From Longimicrobiales bacterium (lineage in GTDB: Bacteria; Gemmatimonadota; Gemmatimonadetes; Longimicrobiales; Gaopeijiaceae), in contig CBDDCX010000007.1 of NCBI GenBank assembly GCA_965226375.1, positions 192,001 to 256,000 on the forward strand: DNA of 64,000 nt, given 5' to 3'. The position numbers and the translations under genes are program-made. Shown here piece by piece: positions 1 to 9,752 of the stretch. Every line of letters starts with the position of its first letter. Positions within the stretch are counted from its first letter, which is position 1. Below the pieces are notes generated by a model. The model saw only the letters and a list, made by a program, of their open reading frames with translations. It ran no database searches and had not been told where the DNA came from.

Positions 1-1269
1 ATTGCTCACTCCTCCCGGTCCCCGTGACTCATGAGGCCCGCTGTACGTGTAGTAGTAGCCGGTGGAGTAGGGGTTGGTCGGATCCATGACATTCACCACC
101 TGTAGAGATTCTTCGTAACCGGCGATGAACACGTAAGGCCAACGGACCTCGAAGTTGTGGAGCGTGTTCGGCCAGGTCGATGTCCACGATCCGATCGGCC
201 GCGTGATGTTCTGGACCGGCCCGTCGAGCCCGGGCTTCAGATCCCACACGAGCATCGGCTTCTCCCCGAGAGTCATGCTGAAGGCGAAGCGCCCGTCGGG
301 TGTCGGGACGAATGTGTGGGCACCGGTCTGCCCCATGGCTCCGACGATCTGGGTGAGGAGTCGTGGATTGGCCACGTCAGTAACGTCGTATACGTACATG
401 CCGCCGTCCATCGTGACCTCGGGCCCGGGACCATAGAACCGGTCTTGGCCGCTAGCCGGATGATAGCCCACGTAGATGTCGTGATAACCGTCCGCTGTGC
501 CCCTCGGTTCGGGTAGCGGCACACTTCCCACCAGCCCGAAATTTGGATCACCGGCCAAAAAGCGCGCCATGTCGTAGATCACGACTCCGTAGGGGACGTT
601 CCGTGGGGAGCGGGTCGTCGCGAAGAGAAGGGCCCGGCCGTCGGAGTGCTTGTACATGAAGATGTTGTGGAAGCCACTCGGGATCCCGTCTGGAGAGCGG
701 ATTCTGCCCACTTCTTCGACCGTCGAGACGTCGGGGAGCCCGGTAACGTCGAACACGATGGCCCCCAGATCCGAGTCGGGACCTCCCTGACGGTAGGACG
801 TGCCCTGAACGTAGTAGTAGCGCCCGTCGAGTTTGAAGTAGCGCCCATCCGAGGAGCCCCAACCCTGGTGCAACTCGGCGTTCTCGATCCTCCACGAGTA
901 GATGACTTCCGCGTCTTCAGGATCTTCGAGGCTGATCACGTCGAAGCCGGAGGGCTGCCAACGCTTTCCCACATAGGCGAAGGGACGGGACATCTCCTGC
1001 TCGATTTCGATGTCCGTGACTCGCACAAACCCGCCGAGAGGAATGTGCGACAACACGTGGATATTCCGACTTCCCCGCATTCCCGGGGGCATGTTCTGCG
1101 GGCTCCCGGCGTACGGGGGATGCGGCCCGGGATCGCTCGGGTTCGTCTGAGCGATCAGGTCAGAGGTGCCGGCAAGGACAATGACCGCGAGCAGCGGCTT
1201 GGTGCCTCTAGCGGCTGATCCGAGCAGCTCGCAAAGACCAATACGACGAAAAACACGCAGGGTCGGCAT
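1..1269 (-). CDS. LVIVD-repeat-like secreted beta-propeller protein (3' end runs off the window)
   Basis: Hand translation from ATG 1269 (GGAGGT RBS) stays open to base 1, so it is missing from the ORF track. Repeated blades include HVLSHIPLGG..DIEIEQEMSRPFAYVG, GFHNIFMYKHSDGR, YHDIYVGY and HNFEVRWPYVFIAGY. Confidence 0.75.
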   Translation of the reverse strand, partial: MPTLRVFRRIGLCELLGSAARGTKPLLAVIVLAGTSDLIAQTNPSDPGPHPPYAGSPQNMPPGMRGSRNIHVLSHIPLGGFVRVTDIEIEQEMSRPFAYVGKRWQPSGFDVISLEDPEDAEVIYSWRIENAELHQGWGSSDGRYFKLDGRYYYVQGTSYRQGGPDSDLGAIVFDVTGLPDVSTVEEVGRIRSPDGIPSGFHNIFMYKHSDGRALLFATTRSPRNVPYGVVIYDMARFLAGDPNFGLVGSVPLPEPRGTADGYHDIYVGYHPASGQDRFYGPGPEVTMDGGMYVYDVTDVANPRLLTQIVGAMGQTGAHTFVPTPDGRFAFSMTLGEKPMLVWDLKPGLDGPVQNITRPIGSWTSTWPNTLHNFEVRWPYVFIAGYEESLQVVNVMDPTNPYSTGYYYTYSGPHESRGPGGVSN

Positions 1270-1386
1270 GGCAGTCACCTCCATCAGCAGGCCTCGAGCC
1301 CTACGCTCGTGGCTACGTGATGGTACGCCGCTTCACCCAAGTACGCACGCCAGCAAGACGCACTGGGGGCATGTGGCGCCGCGGTA

Positions 1387-2667
1387 CTAAACCAGCATGG
1401 CTGCCGGCTCTTCCAGCATCTCCCGTAGGGTAGCCAGGAACGCCGCACCCGTGGCACCGTCGATCACCCGGTGATCGCAGCTCATGGTGATGCGCATGCG
1501 ACTGCGGACGACGACCTGACCGTCCTCGACGACGGGAGTCTCCTCCACGCCTCCGATGGCCAGAATCCCGGCTTCCGGCGGATTGATCACAGCCGTGAAT
1601 TCGTGAATGCCGAACATGCCGAGGTTCGAGATGGAGAATGTGGCCCCGGTGTACTCCTCGGGCTTGAGCTTCCGCTCCCGAGCACGACCGGCCATCTCCC
1701 TGACTTCCGCCCCGATCTGTGCCACACCCTTGGCATCCGCGTCTCTCACGACGGGCGTGATGAGGCCATCTTCGACCGCCACCGCAACGCCTATGTGCAC
1801 GCGGTTGAAACGACGGATGGAATCGCCGAGCCAGTGGGCGTTACACGCCGGATGCCGGCGCAGGGTGGCGGCTGTGGCTCGAATGATGAGGTCGTTCAGT
1901 GAGATCTTGCGGCCTTCTTTTTCCAGCATGGCGTTGATGCTGCGTCGCGCCTCGATGGCCCGACCCATATCCACATCGATGGTCAGGAAAAAGTGCGGCA
2001 CCGGACCGATGGACTCGGCGAGCCGCCGGGCAATCGTCTGCCTCATTTGGCTGAGGGAAAGGTCTTCGTAATCGGCGTCCGAAGCGGGTGCCGAAGCCAC
2101 CGGGCTCGGGGTCGGTGCAGCCACTCCCTCGGTCAGAGCGACCTCGATGTCGCGCTTGACGATGCGGCCGGCGGGTCCCGATCCGGAAACGGCCGACAGG
2201 TCCACACCCGCGTCGGCGGCCAGTCGCTTGGCGAGTGGGGAGGCCTTGATCCTACCGCCCTCCGAGGTCGGTGGGGCTTCGGACGTCTGCGGGGCTTGGG
2301 TCCGTGGGGCCTCGGTCGTCAGAGCAGCGGGAGCCTCTGCCGCGGCGTCAGAGGGCTCGGCAGGAGCCGCCGTGTCAGCCGCCTCGGCCGGCCCCCCTGC
2401 ACTCGCACCGAACTCGGAAATGTCCTCGTCGGGACCCGCGATGACCGCAATCACGTCTCCGACCGGAGCCGTGGCGCCCTCCGCCACCAGGATGACGCGG
2501 AGGACCCCGTCCCCGCGAGCCGACAACTCCATAGTAGCCTTGTCCGTCTCGATCTCGGCGATGATATCGCCGCTGGTGACCGAGTCTCCTTCGGACTTGA
2601 GCCACTTCACGACCTGCCCCTCTTCCATGGTGGGGGAGAGGGCCTCCATGTGCACTTTAGTCGGCAT
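1387..2667 (-). CDS. pdhC: pyruvate dehydrogenase E2, dihydrolipoamide acetyltransferase
   Basis: Lipoyl domain EIETDKATME, peripheral-subunit-binding ASPLAKRLA, catalytic DHRVIDGA. Start moved to ATG 2667 (MPTKVHMEALSPTMEEG). Confidence 0.95.
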   Translation of the reverse strand: MPTKVHMEALSPTMEEGQVVKWLKSEGDSVTSGDIIAEIETDKATMELSARGDGVLRVILVAEGATAPVGDVIAVIAGPDEDISEFGASAGGPAEAADTAAPAEPSDAAAEAPAALTTEAPRTQAPQTSEAPPTSEGGRIKASPLAKRLAADAGVDLSAVSGSGPAGRIVKRDIEVALTEGVAAPTPSPVASAPASDADYEDLSLSQMRQTIARRLAESIGPVPHFFLTIDVDMGRAIEARRSINAMLEKEGRKISLNDLIIRATAATLRRHPACNAHWLGDSIRRFNRVHIGVAVAVEDGLITPVVRDADAKGVAQIGAEVREMAGRARERKLKPEEYTGATFSISNLGMFGIHEFTAVINPPEAGILAIGGVEETPVVEDGQVVVRSRMRITMSCDHRVIDGATGAAFLATLREMLEEPAAMLV

Positions 2668-3640
2668 AAAGCACCTTCTTGCACGCCTCCACGACGCGTC
2701 CGGCGCTTGGCTTGGTCCAGGCCTCGAGCTTCTTGTTGTACGGCATCGGGATGTCGGCCTGTGTGACGCGCAGCACCGGCGCGTCGAGATCGTCGAAGGC
2801 CTCTTCCATGAGGATGGAGACGATCTGGGCGCCGATCCCCACGTAGGGAAAGCCGTCCTCCACGTAGACGGCCCGGTTGGTTCTCGCCACGGTCTCCAGA
2901 ATGGCGTCCACGTCGAGTGGACGGAGGGACCGAAGGTCCAGCACGTCGGCCTCGATGCCTTCCTTGGCCAATTGCGCCGCGGCCTGAAGAGCGACGTGCA
3001 CCATCCTGCCATGGGTGATGATGGACACGTCGTCGCCCTCGCGCTTCCGGTCCGCAACACCCAGGGGCACGATGAAGTCGTCGTCGTCGGGAACTTCGCC
3101 CTTCAGGTTGTAGAGGAGCTCCCCCTCCATGACCGCCACGGGGTCGTTGTCCCGGATGGCGGCCTTGAGCAGACCTTTTGCATCCGCGGGCGTGGCCGGC
3201 GTGACGAGCTTGACCCCGGGCGCATGGACATACCACGTCTCGCAGGCCTGGGAGTGCTGGGCGCCGAGCTGGAGGGCGGCGCCGGTCGGCCCCCGGAAAA
3301 CCATCGGAACGCCGATCTCGCCATTGCTCATGTGGAGCATCTTCGCGGCGCTGTTGATCACTTGGTCCAGAGCCAGGATCGAGAAGTTGAACGTCATGAA
3401 CTCCACGACCGGCCTGAGGCCGACCATGGCCGCGCCGACGCCGAGCCCAGTAAACCCGAGCTCGCTGATGGGTGTGTCCACGACACGCTTGTCGCCAAAG
3501 CGTTCGAGAAGGCCCTTGGAGACCTTATATGCACCATCGTACTCGGCCACCTCTTCGCCCAGAAGGAAGACGGAGTCGTCTCGGTCCATCTCCTCGGCGA
3601 GAGCTTGGTTCAGGGCCTCTCTATAGGTCAGTTCAGCCAT
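2657..3640 (-). CDS. pdhB: pyruvate dehydrogenase E1 beta subunit
   Basis: TYREALNQALAEEM, DTPISE, EFMTFNF, AQHSQ; lies between pdhA and pdhC. Confidence 0.95.
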   Translation of the reverse strand: MAELTYREALNQALAEEMDRDDSVFLLGEEVAEYDGAYKVSKGLLERFGDKRVVDTPISELGFTGLGVGAAMVGLRPVVEFMTFNFSILALDQVINSAAKMLHMSNGEIGVPMVFRGPTGAALQLGAQHSQACETWYVHAPGVKLVTPATPADAKGLLKAAIRDNDPVAVMEGELLYNLKGEVPDDDDFIVPLGVADRKREGDDVSIITHGRMVHVALQAAAQLAKEGIEADVLDLRSLRPLDVDAILETVARTNRAVYVEDGFPYVGIGAQIVSILMEEAFDDLDAPVLRVTQADIPMPYNKKLEAWTKPSAGRVVEACKKVLYAD

Positions 3641-3691
3641 CGGACGTTTCAGCCATTGGACGTTTCAGCCATTGGACGTTTCAGCCATCGG
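3632..3691. repeat. 16-bp tandem repeat TTCAGCCAT(C/T)GGACGT x3.75 covering the pdhB start
   Basis: Units start at 3632, 3648, 3664 and 3680 (last is partial); read directly. Confidence 0.95.
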
Positions 3692-3699
3692 TCGCTCGG

Positions 3700-4764
3700 T
3701 TACCGGTCTCGGCCGTCGAAGAATAGACGGCCGTGCGGGTTGATCTCTGAGTAGACGTGGTCGTAGAGGCCGGCAGGATCGGGGTCGGGTGCCGCTTCGG
3801 CGAACTCGTCTGCAGCGGCGACCACTTTCCCGACCTCGGCGTCAATGGCCTCGAGCCCCCCCTGGTCGAGAAGCTTTGCAGCAAACAGCCGATCCCGCAG
3901 AATCTTGATGGGATCGGCGTTCTCCGTCCGGTCGTCCACCTCTTCTTTGGACCGGTAGGTGCCCGACACCGGATCCGACATCGAGTGGCCCTTGAAGCGG
4001 TAGCACTGCAGGTCCACGAAGTGGGGGCCGGCCCCGGCTCGCACGCCCGTGACGATCTCGTCGAACGCCTTGAGCGTAGCGATAACATCCTGTCCGTCCA
4101 CGATGGTCGCCGGAACGCCGTGCGACGCCGCCTTGGTCACCATGTCCGTGTCCGAGACCCGAGAGAACTTGGTTCCCATTCCGTACGCGTTATTTTCCAC
4201 CACGTAAATCACCGGCAGGTCCCAGATAGCCGCCATGTTCATGGACTCGTGGAACATGCCCTGGTTCACGGCCGCGTCCCCCATGAAACACATGCAGACC
4301 TGATCCCCGCCCCGGTAGTGAATGGCCCAGGCCATGCCCAAAGCAAGACCGGTCTGTCCACCGACGATGCCGTGACCACCCATGAAGCCCACGTCGGCGC
4401 CGAAGATGTGCATGGAGCCGCCCATGCCACCGGACGATCCGCTAGCCTTGCCGTAGAGCTCCGCCATGACCGCGTCCGCTGACAGGCCCTTGGCGAGCGC
4501 CTGCGTATGATCCCGGTAAGCAGTGATGACGTAGTCGTCCTTCCGAAGCGGAAGAATGGACCCCGCAGGGGTCGCCTCCTGCCCGATGTGCAGGTGACAG
4601 AATCCGCCGATCTTCCCGATGGCGTACCCCTCCTCGGCCTTCTCCTCAAAACGCCGATAGAGCAGCATTTCGCGGAGAATGTGGAGAAGCTGATCCTTAG
4701 AGAATCCATCCAACTCGGGACCCCCGTTGGTCGCCTTCCTTGCTGCGGTCTTAGGCTCTGTCAT
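3700..4764 (-). CDS. pdhA: pyruvate dehydrogenase E1 alpha subunit
   Basis: GFCHLHIGQEA, YRDH, TPP-binding GDAAVNQG..ENN, YRFKGHSMSDP. Confidence 0.95.
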   Translation of the reverse strand: MTEPKTAARKATNGGPELDGFSKDQLLHILREMLLYRRFEEKAEEGYAIGKIGGFCHLHIGQEATPAGSILPLRKDDYVITAYRDHTQALAKGLSADAVMAELYGKASGSSGGMGGSMHIFGADVGFMGGHGIVGGQTGLALGMAWAIHYRGGDQVCMCFMGDAAVNQGMFHESMNMAAIWDLPVIYVVENNAYGMGTKFSRVSDTDMVTKAASHGVPATIVDGQDVIATLKAFDEIVTGVRAGAGPHFVDLQCYRFKGHSMSDPVSGTYRSKEEVDDRTENADPIKILRDRLFAAKLLDQGGLEAIDAEVGKVVAAADEFAEAAPDPDPAGLYDHVYSEINPHGRLFFDGRDR

Positions 4765-5882
4765 CTGTTCGTCCCATTCGAGCCCGTAGCCGGCCGGCCG
4801 GGTCGGCCCATCTCGAGTTGCACGAGGTCGAGTCCCGGCAGCACTTCTCCGGGCGGGGGGATGTCGGCCTCGAGCACCCTCTGAATGCGGCCGACCGCTC
4901 CGGCCTCGACTTCACGGGCCTGCTCCTTGGCGTGATAGCTCGAACGCACCAGCGGACCCGCCTCCACGTGCTTGAAGCCGTACGTCTCCTCACCTACGCG
5001 CTTCCACTCGGCAAATTCATCGGGCGTGACCCAGCGGGCCACCGGAATATGCTGGAGTGAGGGTCGTAGATATTGGCCCAACGTTAGGATGTCCACGGCG
5101 GCCTCACGCAGATCCTTCATGGCCTCGTGAATCTCGGGCGCCTCTTCTCCCATGCCGAGGATGATGCCGGTCTTGGTCAGCATGGAGGCGTCGATGCGCT
5201 TGGCGGCTCCGAGAAAGGAAATGGAGCGCCAGTAACGGCCACCGGGCCGGACCTCGGGATGGATCCGCTCGACGGTCTCGAGATTGTGGCCGAGGATGGC
5301 CGGCTTGGCATCTTGCACGACCCGCAGGGCCTTCTCGTCGCCCTTGAAATCGGGGATGAGCACTTCCACCGAACAGCGAGGGACCAAAGTATGGATCCGC
5401 CGGATGGTGTCGGCGTAGATGCCGGCCCCTCCATCGGGCAGCTCGTCACGATTCACGCTCGTGATCACCACGTGTTCGAGCGACATGGTCCGCACCGACT
5501 CTGCGACCCGTCTTGGTTCGTCGAGGTCGAGCTCCGTAGGTAGCCCGTGCGCCACAGCACAGTACTTGCACGCCCGGGTGCAGACGTCTCCCAGAATCAT
5601 GAAAGTGGCGGTCCCGGCCTCCCAGCACTCCCCGATGTTCGGGCAGCCGGCCTCTTCGCAGACCGTGTGGAGGGACTGGGTCCGCATGAGACTCTTAAGA
5701 CGCAGATACTCGGAACCCCCCGGCGACCGCACCTTCAGCCACAGGGGCTTTCGGTCCCGAATCGGGATCGTATCCAAACCCTCATGGGCTCTGATCCTGG
5801 AGTGGCCCTTGGGCTTGACGACTCCCGTGTCCTTGCCATTCGGGGCATAACCCCCGGGCGCTTCAGTAAGAGTTCTCGACAC
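4761..5882 (-). CDS. lipA: lipoyl synthase (start uncertain)
   Basis: CEEAGCPNIGEC (CX4CX5C), CTRACKYC (radical SAM CX3CX2C), C-terminal RSSY. Confidence 0.95.
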   Translation of the reverse strand: MSRTLTEAPGGYAPNGKDTGVVKPKGHSRIRAHEGLDTIPIRDRKPLWLKVRSPGGSEYLRLKSLMRTQSLHTVCEEAGCPNIGECWEAGTATFMILGDVCTRACKYCAVAHGLPTELDLDEPRRVAESVRTMSLEHVVITSVNRDELPDGGAGIYADTIRRIHTLVPRCSVEVLIPDFKGDEKALRVVQDAKPAILGHNLETVERIHPEVRPGGRYWRSISFLGAAKRIDASMLTKTGIILGMGEEAPEIHEAMKDLREAAVDILTLGQYLRPSLQHIPVARWVTPDEFAEWKRVGEETYGFKHVEAGPLVRSSYHAKEQAREVEAGAVGRIQRVLEADIPPPGEVLPGLDLVQLEMGRPGRPATGSNGTNR

Positions 5883-5970
5883 CTGCGACCTATGCTTGGG
5901 ATAAATCCGATGCGCGACCCGAGAGGCCGGCGCTGACCGAGCCAATAAAGAAAGCGTCTCCCTCAGGGCG

Positions 5971-7107
5971 TCACAACCCTATTCCGAGACTACGCACCAG
6001 GTAGCCCAGTCCGAAGCCCACGTAGTTCCCGACGGCGTAGCCCAGGAGGCCCACCGCGATACCCGGAAGGACCAACTCATTCCACTCCCGCGCGATGGCG
6101 ACGGCCACCGCGCTGGAGGGTCCGCCGACCGGCGCCTGCGAAGCCACACTCACGGTCCCGATGTCCATTCCCAGAAGTCGGCCCATACCGTACACGACCA
6201 CACCGTGTACCCCCACGACCACCGCCGTATAGAAGAAGACGGCGACTCCCACCAGGAGAATCATGTCGATTCTTGAGTAGATGCCGATGATGACGAAGAA
6301 GAAGTGGAGAGCCAGAGAGCCGAGCTGCATGGCGCCCGGAGCACTCTTGAACGGCCCGACGTGGCCCACGATCAAGGCGAACGTCGTCAACCACAGAACC
6401 GACGGAACGGCGGGGATGACCGTGCCCATCCAGTCGGCCGCTACGAGGAGGACGAAGCCTACCGCGATGAGCGACGCGAGGTCCAACGTGGAGAGGGGGA
6501 CGCGCGAGAAAAAGGGATGATCGACCTCGCCCCCTGACTGCTTTCCAGCGCCGGGAACCGGTGTCGGGTAGAACCGGACCAACAACAGTGGCAAGACCAG
6601 ATTCGCGCCGAGCCAGATAGCCGTCATGGCGTTGTCGGCGGCCGTGGCACCTGCGAAGAGCACGTCGGGCAGACCCAGTCCTCTCCCCACGGCCACGAAG
6701 TTCACTCCACCACCGGAGTACGTCCCGGTCAGGGTTCCAGCAAGCTTCCACGTCTCAGCCTCGAAGCGCCCGGCGAAGATCAGGGCGCCCACGAATGCTC
6801 CGAGGGCCGTCCCGGTCACGGCGATGGCAAAAGCACCCACCATGCGGCGGCCGGCCTTCTTGAGGTCGGCCAGGTTGACCGCCAGAAGCAGCCATGCGAT
6901 GGCCAGGGAGGTGACCGATCCGCTGATGGTCTCGTAGATGGGCGAGGCGGCCGCCACGATTCCCAGGTTGGACAGGAGGGCGCCGAAGAGGATCGCCAGC
7001 AGCGAAGCGCCCAGTTTGGAGAGGGCAGCCACCTTGTAGTCGAGCAGAAACGCGAGGGCCGTGGCGGCAGTGACGACCGCGGTCAGCAGGAGCGGGGACT
7101 CGATCAA
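5971..7107 (-). CDS. DUF819-like multi-pass membrane protein
   Basis: Many hydrophobic segments; GTYSGGGVNF, ASQAPVGGP and GLLGYAVGNYVG match the DUF819 pattern. Confidence 0.75.
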   Translation of the reverse strand: MIESPLLLTAVVTAATALAFLLDYKVAALSKLGASLLAILFGALLSNLGIVAAASPIYETISGSVTSLAIAWLLLAVNLADLKKAGRRMVGAFAIAVTGTALGAFVGALIFAGRFEAETWKLAGTLTGTYSGGGVNFVAVGRGLGLPDVLFAGATAADNAMTAIWLGANLVLPLLLVRFYPTPVPGAGKQSGGEVDHPFFSRVPLSTLDLASLIAVGFVLLVAADWMGTVIPAVPSVLWLTTFALIVGHVGPFKSAPGAMQLGSLALHFFFVIIGIYSRIDMILLVGVAVFFYTAVVVGVHGVVVYGMGRLLGMDIGTVSVASQAPVGGPSSAVAVAIAREWNELVLPGIAVGLLGYAVGNYVGFGLGYLVRSLGIGL

Positions 7108-7940
7108 GGACGCTCTCCTTCAGATGTGTCCTGATCGACATGCGCTGCAGATCCGGCGTCATCCTTACGACGCCGCGGGTGGGCACCGGGCCCGTGAGGC
7201 TGGCATTCGAGCACATGGGAGACGGCGTCTGCCGGAGAATCGGTGATGAAGATCAGATCGAGGTCCTCTGCCGAGATCTTCTTCTCCACTACGAGACGTT
7301 CCCTCATCCATGCCATGAGCCCCGACCAATACTCCGTCCCGAACAGGACGACGGGGAAGTTCCTGACCTTACCGGTCTGTATCAGCGTCAGTGCCTCGAA
7401 GAGTTCGTCCATGGTCCCGAATCCTCCGGGGAAAATCACGAACGCCTGGGCATACTTCATGAACATGGTTTTTCGGACGAAGAAGTACCGGAAATCCAAG
7501 CCCAGGTCGACGAATTCGTTCAGCCCCTGCTCGAACGGAAGCTCGATATTACACCCGACCGAGGGTACGCCGGCCGCCCGGGCCCCGCGGTTGGCGGCTT
7601 CCATGTTGCCCGGCCCCCCTCCCGTGATGATGCCAAAGCCCGCCTCGCCCATGAGGCGAGCGGTATCGACGCACTCCTGGTAAACGGGATCAGCCGCGGT
7701 CAGCCGTGTCGATCCGAAGAAGGAGACACACGGGCCCAAGTCGCTCAGTTCCTCGAATCCGTCGACGAACTCACCGAGAATCCGAAAGACGCGCCAGGAC
7801 TCCCGCCCACCGCGGAGAAGTCCACGCTCTTCGAGCTCGTCCACCGTAGACTGGAGGAATCGCTCGTCCTCCGTCTCCTTGGAGTAGGGTGGAGGGGGAA
7901 CGACCGTCCGGTCCGGCGCCTCTGTGCTTTCGTCGCTCAC
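7104..7940 (-). CDS. LOG family (TIGR00730) nucleotide phosphoribohydrolase
   Basis: ITGGGPGNMEAAN, FFVRK, PGGFGTMDE. GTG 7940 is preceded by GAGGTG. Confidence 0.9.
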   Translation of the reverse strand: MSDESTEAPDRTVVPPPPYSKETEDERFLQSTVDELEERGLLRGGRESWRVFRILGEFVDGFEELSDLGPCVSFFGSTRLTAADPVYQECVDTARLMGEAGFGIITGGGPGNMEAANRGARAAGVPSVGCNIELPFEQGLNEFVDLGLDFRYFFVRKTMFMKYAQAFVIFPGGFGTMDELFEALTLIQTGKVRNFPVVLFGTEYWSGLMAWMRERLVVEKKISAEDLDLIFITDSPADAVSHVLECQPHGPGAHPRRRKDDAGSAAHVDQDTSEGERP

Positions 7941-7953
7941 AATGTCACCTCGT

Positions 7954-8973
7954 TCAAGTTCGCCCGGAGAGCCACTCTCCGGTTCGGCGGAGGCTCTCTT
8001 CATGTCGGTGCGGGGGCCGCCACCCCAGTATGTCGCGGGCCCGTGCGGAGCGATATGGATTGTCACGCAACGCGAGTCGAGCCACCCTCGAGGGGGCGAG
8101 GCCCTCCGCACCCGGAACCGAAAGGCGCAGTGCGTCGCCGAGCTGAGCCACACCGCGAATCAGGCCGGCGGGAAGACGGGCGAGGCGAGGCGTCTTTCCC
8201 AGTCCACTAGCGAGGCCCGTCAACAGCCCCTCTTGGGTCAAGGGGTGGTCCTCCGACAGGTTGAACGCCTGTCCCGCACCCCTCCCATCCAACGCCGACT
8301 CCACACCGGCGGCCACGTTGCCCGCGTATACGACCGCCACGGTGTTGTCGCCTGGCCCGAGCACCGGCACTACCGGTAGTCGCAGAAGCCGGGCCAACCG
8401 GGGCGTAAACAGCCGATCCCGCTCGCCGTAAACCACCGAAGGTCGAACCACGGTCACCGAGAGCCGGCCGGATTCGTGCAGATCCATCGCCACCCCCTCG
8501 GCCATCCTCTTCGATCTGGCATAGAGGTCTTTGGGGCGAAGGTGTCCGTCGAGGGGCCCCGTTTCGTCCGCCTCCGCGTCGACCTGCCCGTAGACAGCCA
8601 CCGACGAGATGTGGACGGCATGCTCGACTCCGGCCCGGGCAGCTCCCTCCAGGACGTTCCGCGTCCCATCCACGTTCACCGCGCGGACGCTGGGCCATTC
8701 CGTGCCGCTGTATACGACCGCCGCGCAGTGCACCACCCATCGGCACCCTTTCATGTGGGTGGCCAGCATCTCGGAGTCGTCACGGATGTCGCCCGCGGCC
8801 ACCGAACAACCGATCTCTCTGAGCAGTCCAGTGTTCGACGTCGGCCGTTGGAGGGCGACCACCTCGTGACCCGCCTCGAGTAGCCGCTCCGCGATATGCG
8901 ATCCCACCAGGCCCGAACCTCCCGTCAGGAATACTCGGGCCGGCAGTTCGGTCGGATGGACCTGGGCGTCCAC
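7954..8973 (-). CDS. NAD-dependent epimerase/dehydratase (extended SDR)
   Basis: TGGSGLVG Rossmann motif and YARSK catalytic motif; start estimated. Confidence 0.85.
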   Translation of the reverse strand: MDAQVHPTELPARVFLTGGSGLVGSHIAERLLEAGHEVVALQRPTSNTGLLREIGCSVAAGDIRDDSEMLATHMKGCRWVVHCAAVVYSGTEWPSVRAVNVDGTRNVLEGAARAGVEHAVHISSVAVYGQVDAEADETGPLDGHLRPKDLYARSKRMAEGVAMDLHESGRLSVTVVRPSVVYGERDRLFTPRLARLLRLPVVPVLGPGDNTVAVVYAGNVAAGVESALDGRGAGQAFNLSEDHPLTQEGLLTGLASGLGKTPRLARLPAGLIRGVAQLGDALRLSVPGAEGLAPSRVARLALRDNPYRSARARDILGWRPPHRHEESLRRTGEWLSGRT

Positions 8974-8978
8974 GCGCG

Positions 8979-9752
8979 TCAGTCGTTCCCGATCAGCGCC
9001 TGGGCCGTTGCCCGCATTGTCGGGAAGATCCCGCTGTGGTCGGAGTACTCCGGTAGGTTCTTGGCCATCTCCGCGTCGTAAGCATCGAGCCACCGCTGGA
9101 AGAACTCCCTCGCACTAGCCGAGTCACCCAGGGCGAGGGAGGCGTCCGCCGCACCCGCCAGACCCAGCAGATGTTCCGGCTGTTCGGCCAGAATCTCTTC
9201 TGCCGCATCAAGCGCCTCGTCGTTCAACGAACCCTGGAGACGCAGAAGTACCAGATGGAACTTGCCATCGGCGTCGAGATCTGCCACGAGCTCGTGGGCG
9301 CCAATGGCCATGGGCAGGAAGTTCGTCACCTCCGCGGCGTCTCCAGCCGACGCGGCGCTCATGACGCGATTGAACAATCGATCGGCCGCCTGCCGAGGCG
9401 TCATGCTCGAGAGATCGACCCCTGAGGCTCCGGTAGACGCGGTCGGCGCAGGTGCCGGGATGTCCCGCCCCGGGCCATACACGGGATACGCCACAACCAG
9501 GATGAGGCCTACCATGAGCGCTCCGGCCATGTACCAGACCGCCTGGTTCACCGGGCCGGTGGGCGAGTTCGCTCCAGCCGCCGCCTCGGCTTCCCCGCTG
9601 GTGGCGCCGACGGCTGTCCCGCACTGGTTGCAGAAGCGGGCTCCGGCGGCAGACTCCTGACCGCACTTCGGACAGGTCGCGGCGCCCTGCGCGGCCCCGC
9701 AATCAGAACAGAAGCGACCGCTAGTCTCCGACCCGCAGTTGGAACATTTCAT
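8979..9752 (-). CDS. double zinc-ribbon membrane protein with helical/TPR-like C-terminus
   Basis: CSNC..CSDC..CPKC..CNQC followed by one TM helix. The ATG overlaps the upstream TGA (ATGA). Confidence 0.75.
   Translation of the reverse strand: MKCSNCGSETSGRFCSDCGAAQGAATCPKCGQESAAGARFCNQCGTAVGATSGEAEAAAGANSPTGPVNQAVWYMAGALMVGLILVVAYPVYGPGRDIPAPAPTASTGASGVDLSSMTPRQAADRLFNRVMSAASAGDAAEVTNFLPMAIGAHELVADLDADGKFHLVLLRLQGSLNDEALDAAEEILAEQPEHLLGLAGAADASLALGDSASAREFFQRWLDAYDAEMAKNLPEYSDHSGIFPTMRATAQALIGND

Noticed and set aside
3632..3691. Short repeats as a CRISPR array
   Set aside because: The units are contiguous with no spacers, only 16 bp long, and no cas genes are in the window.
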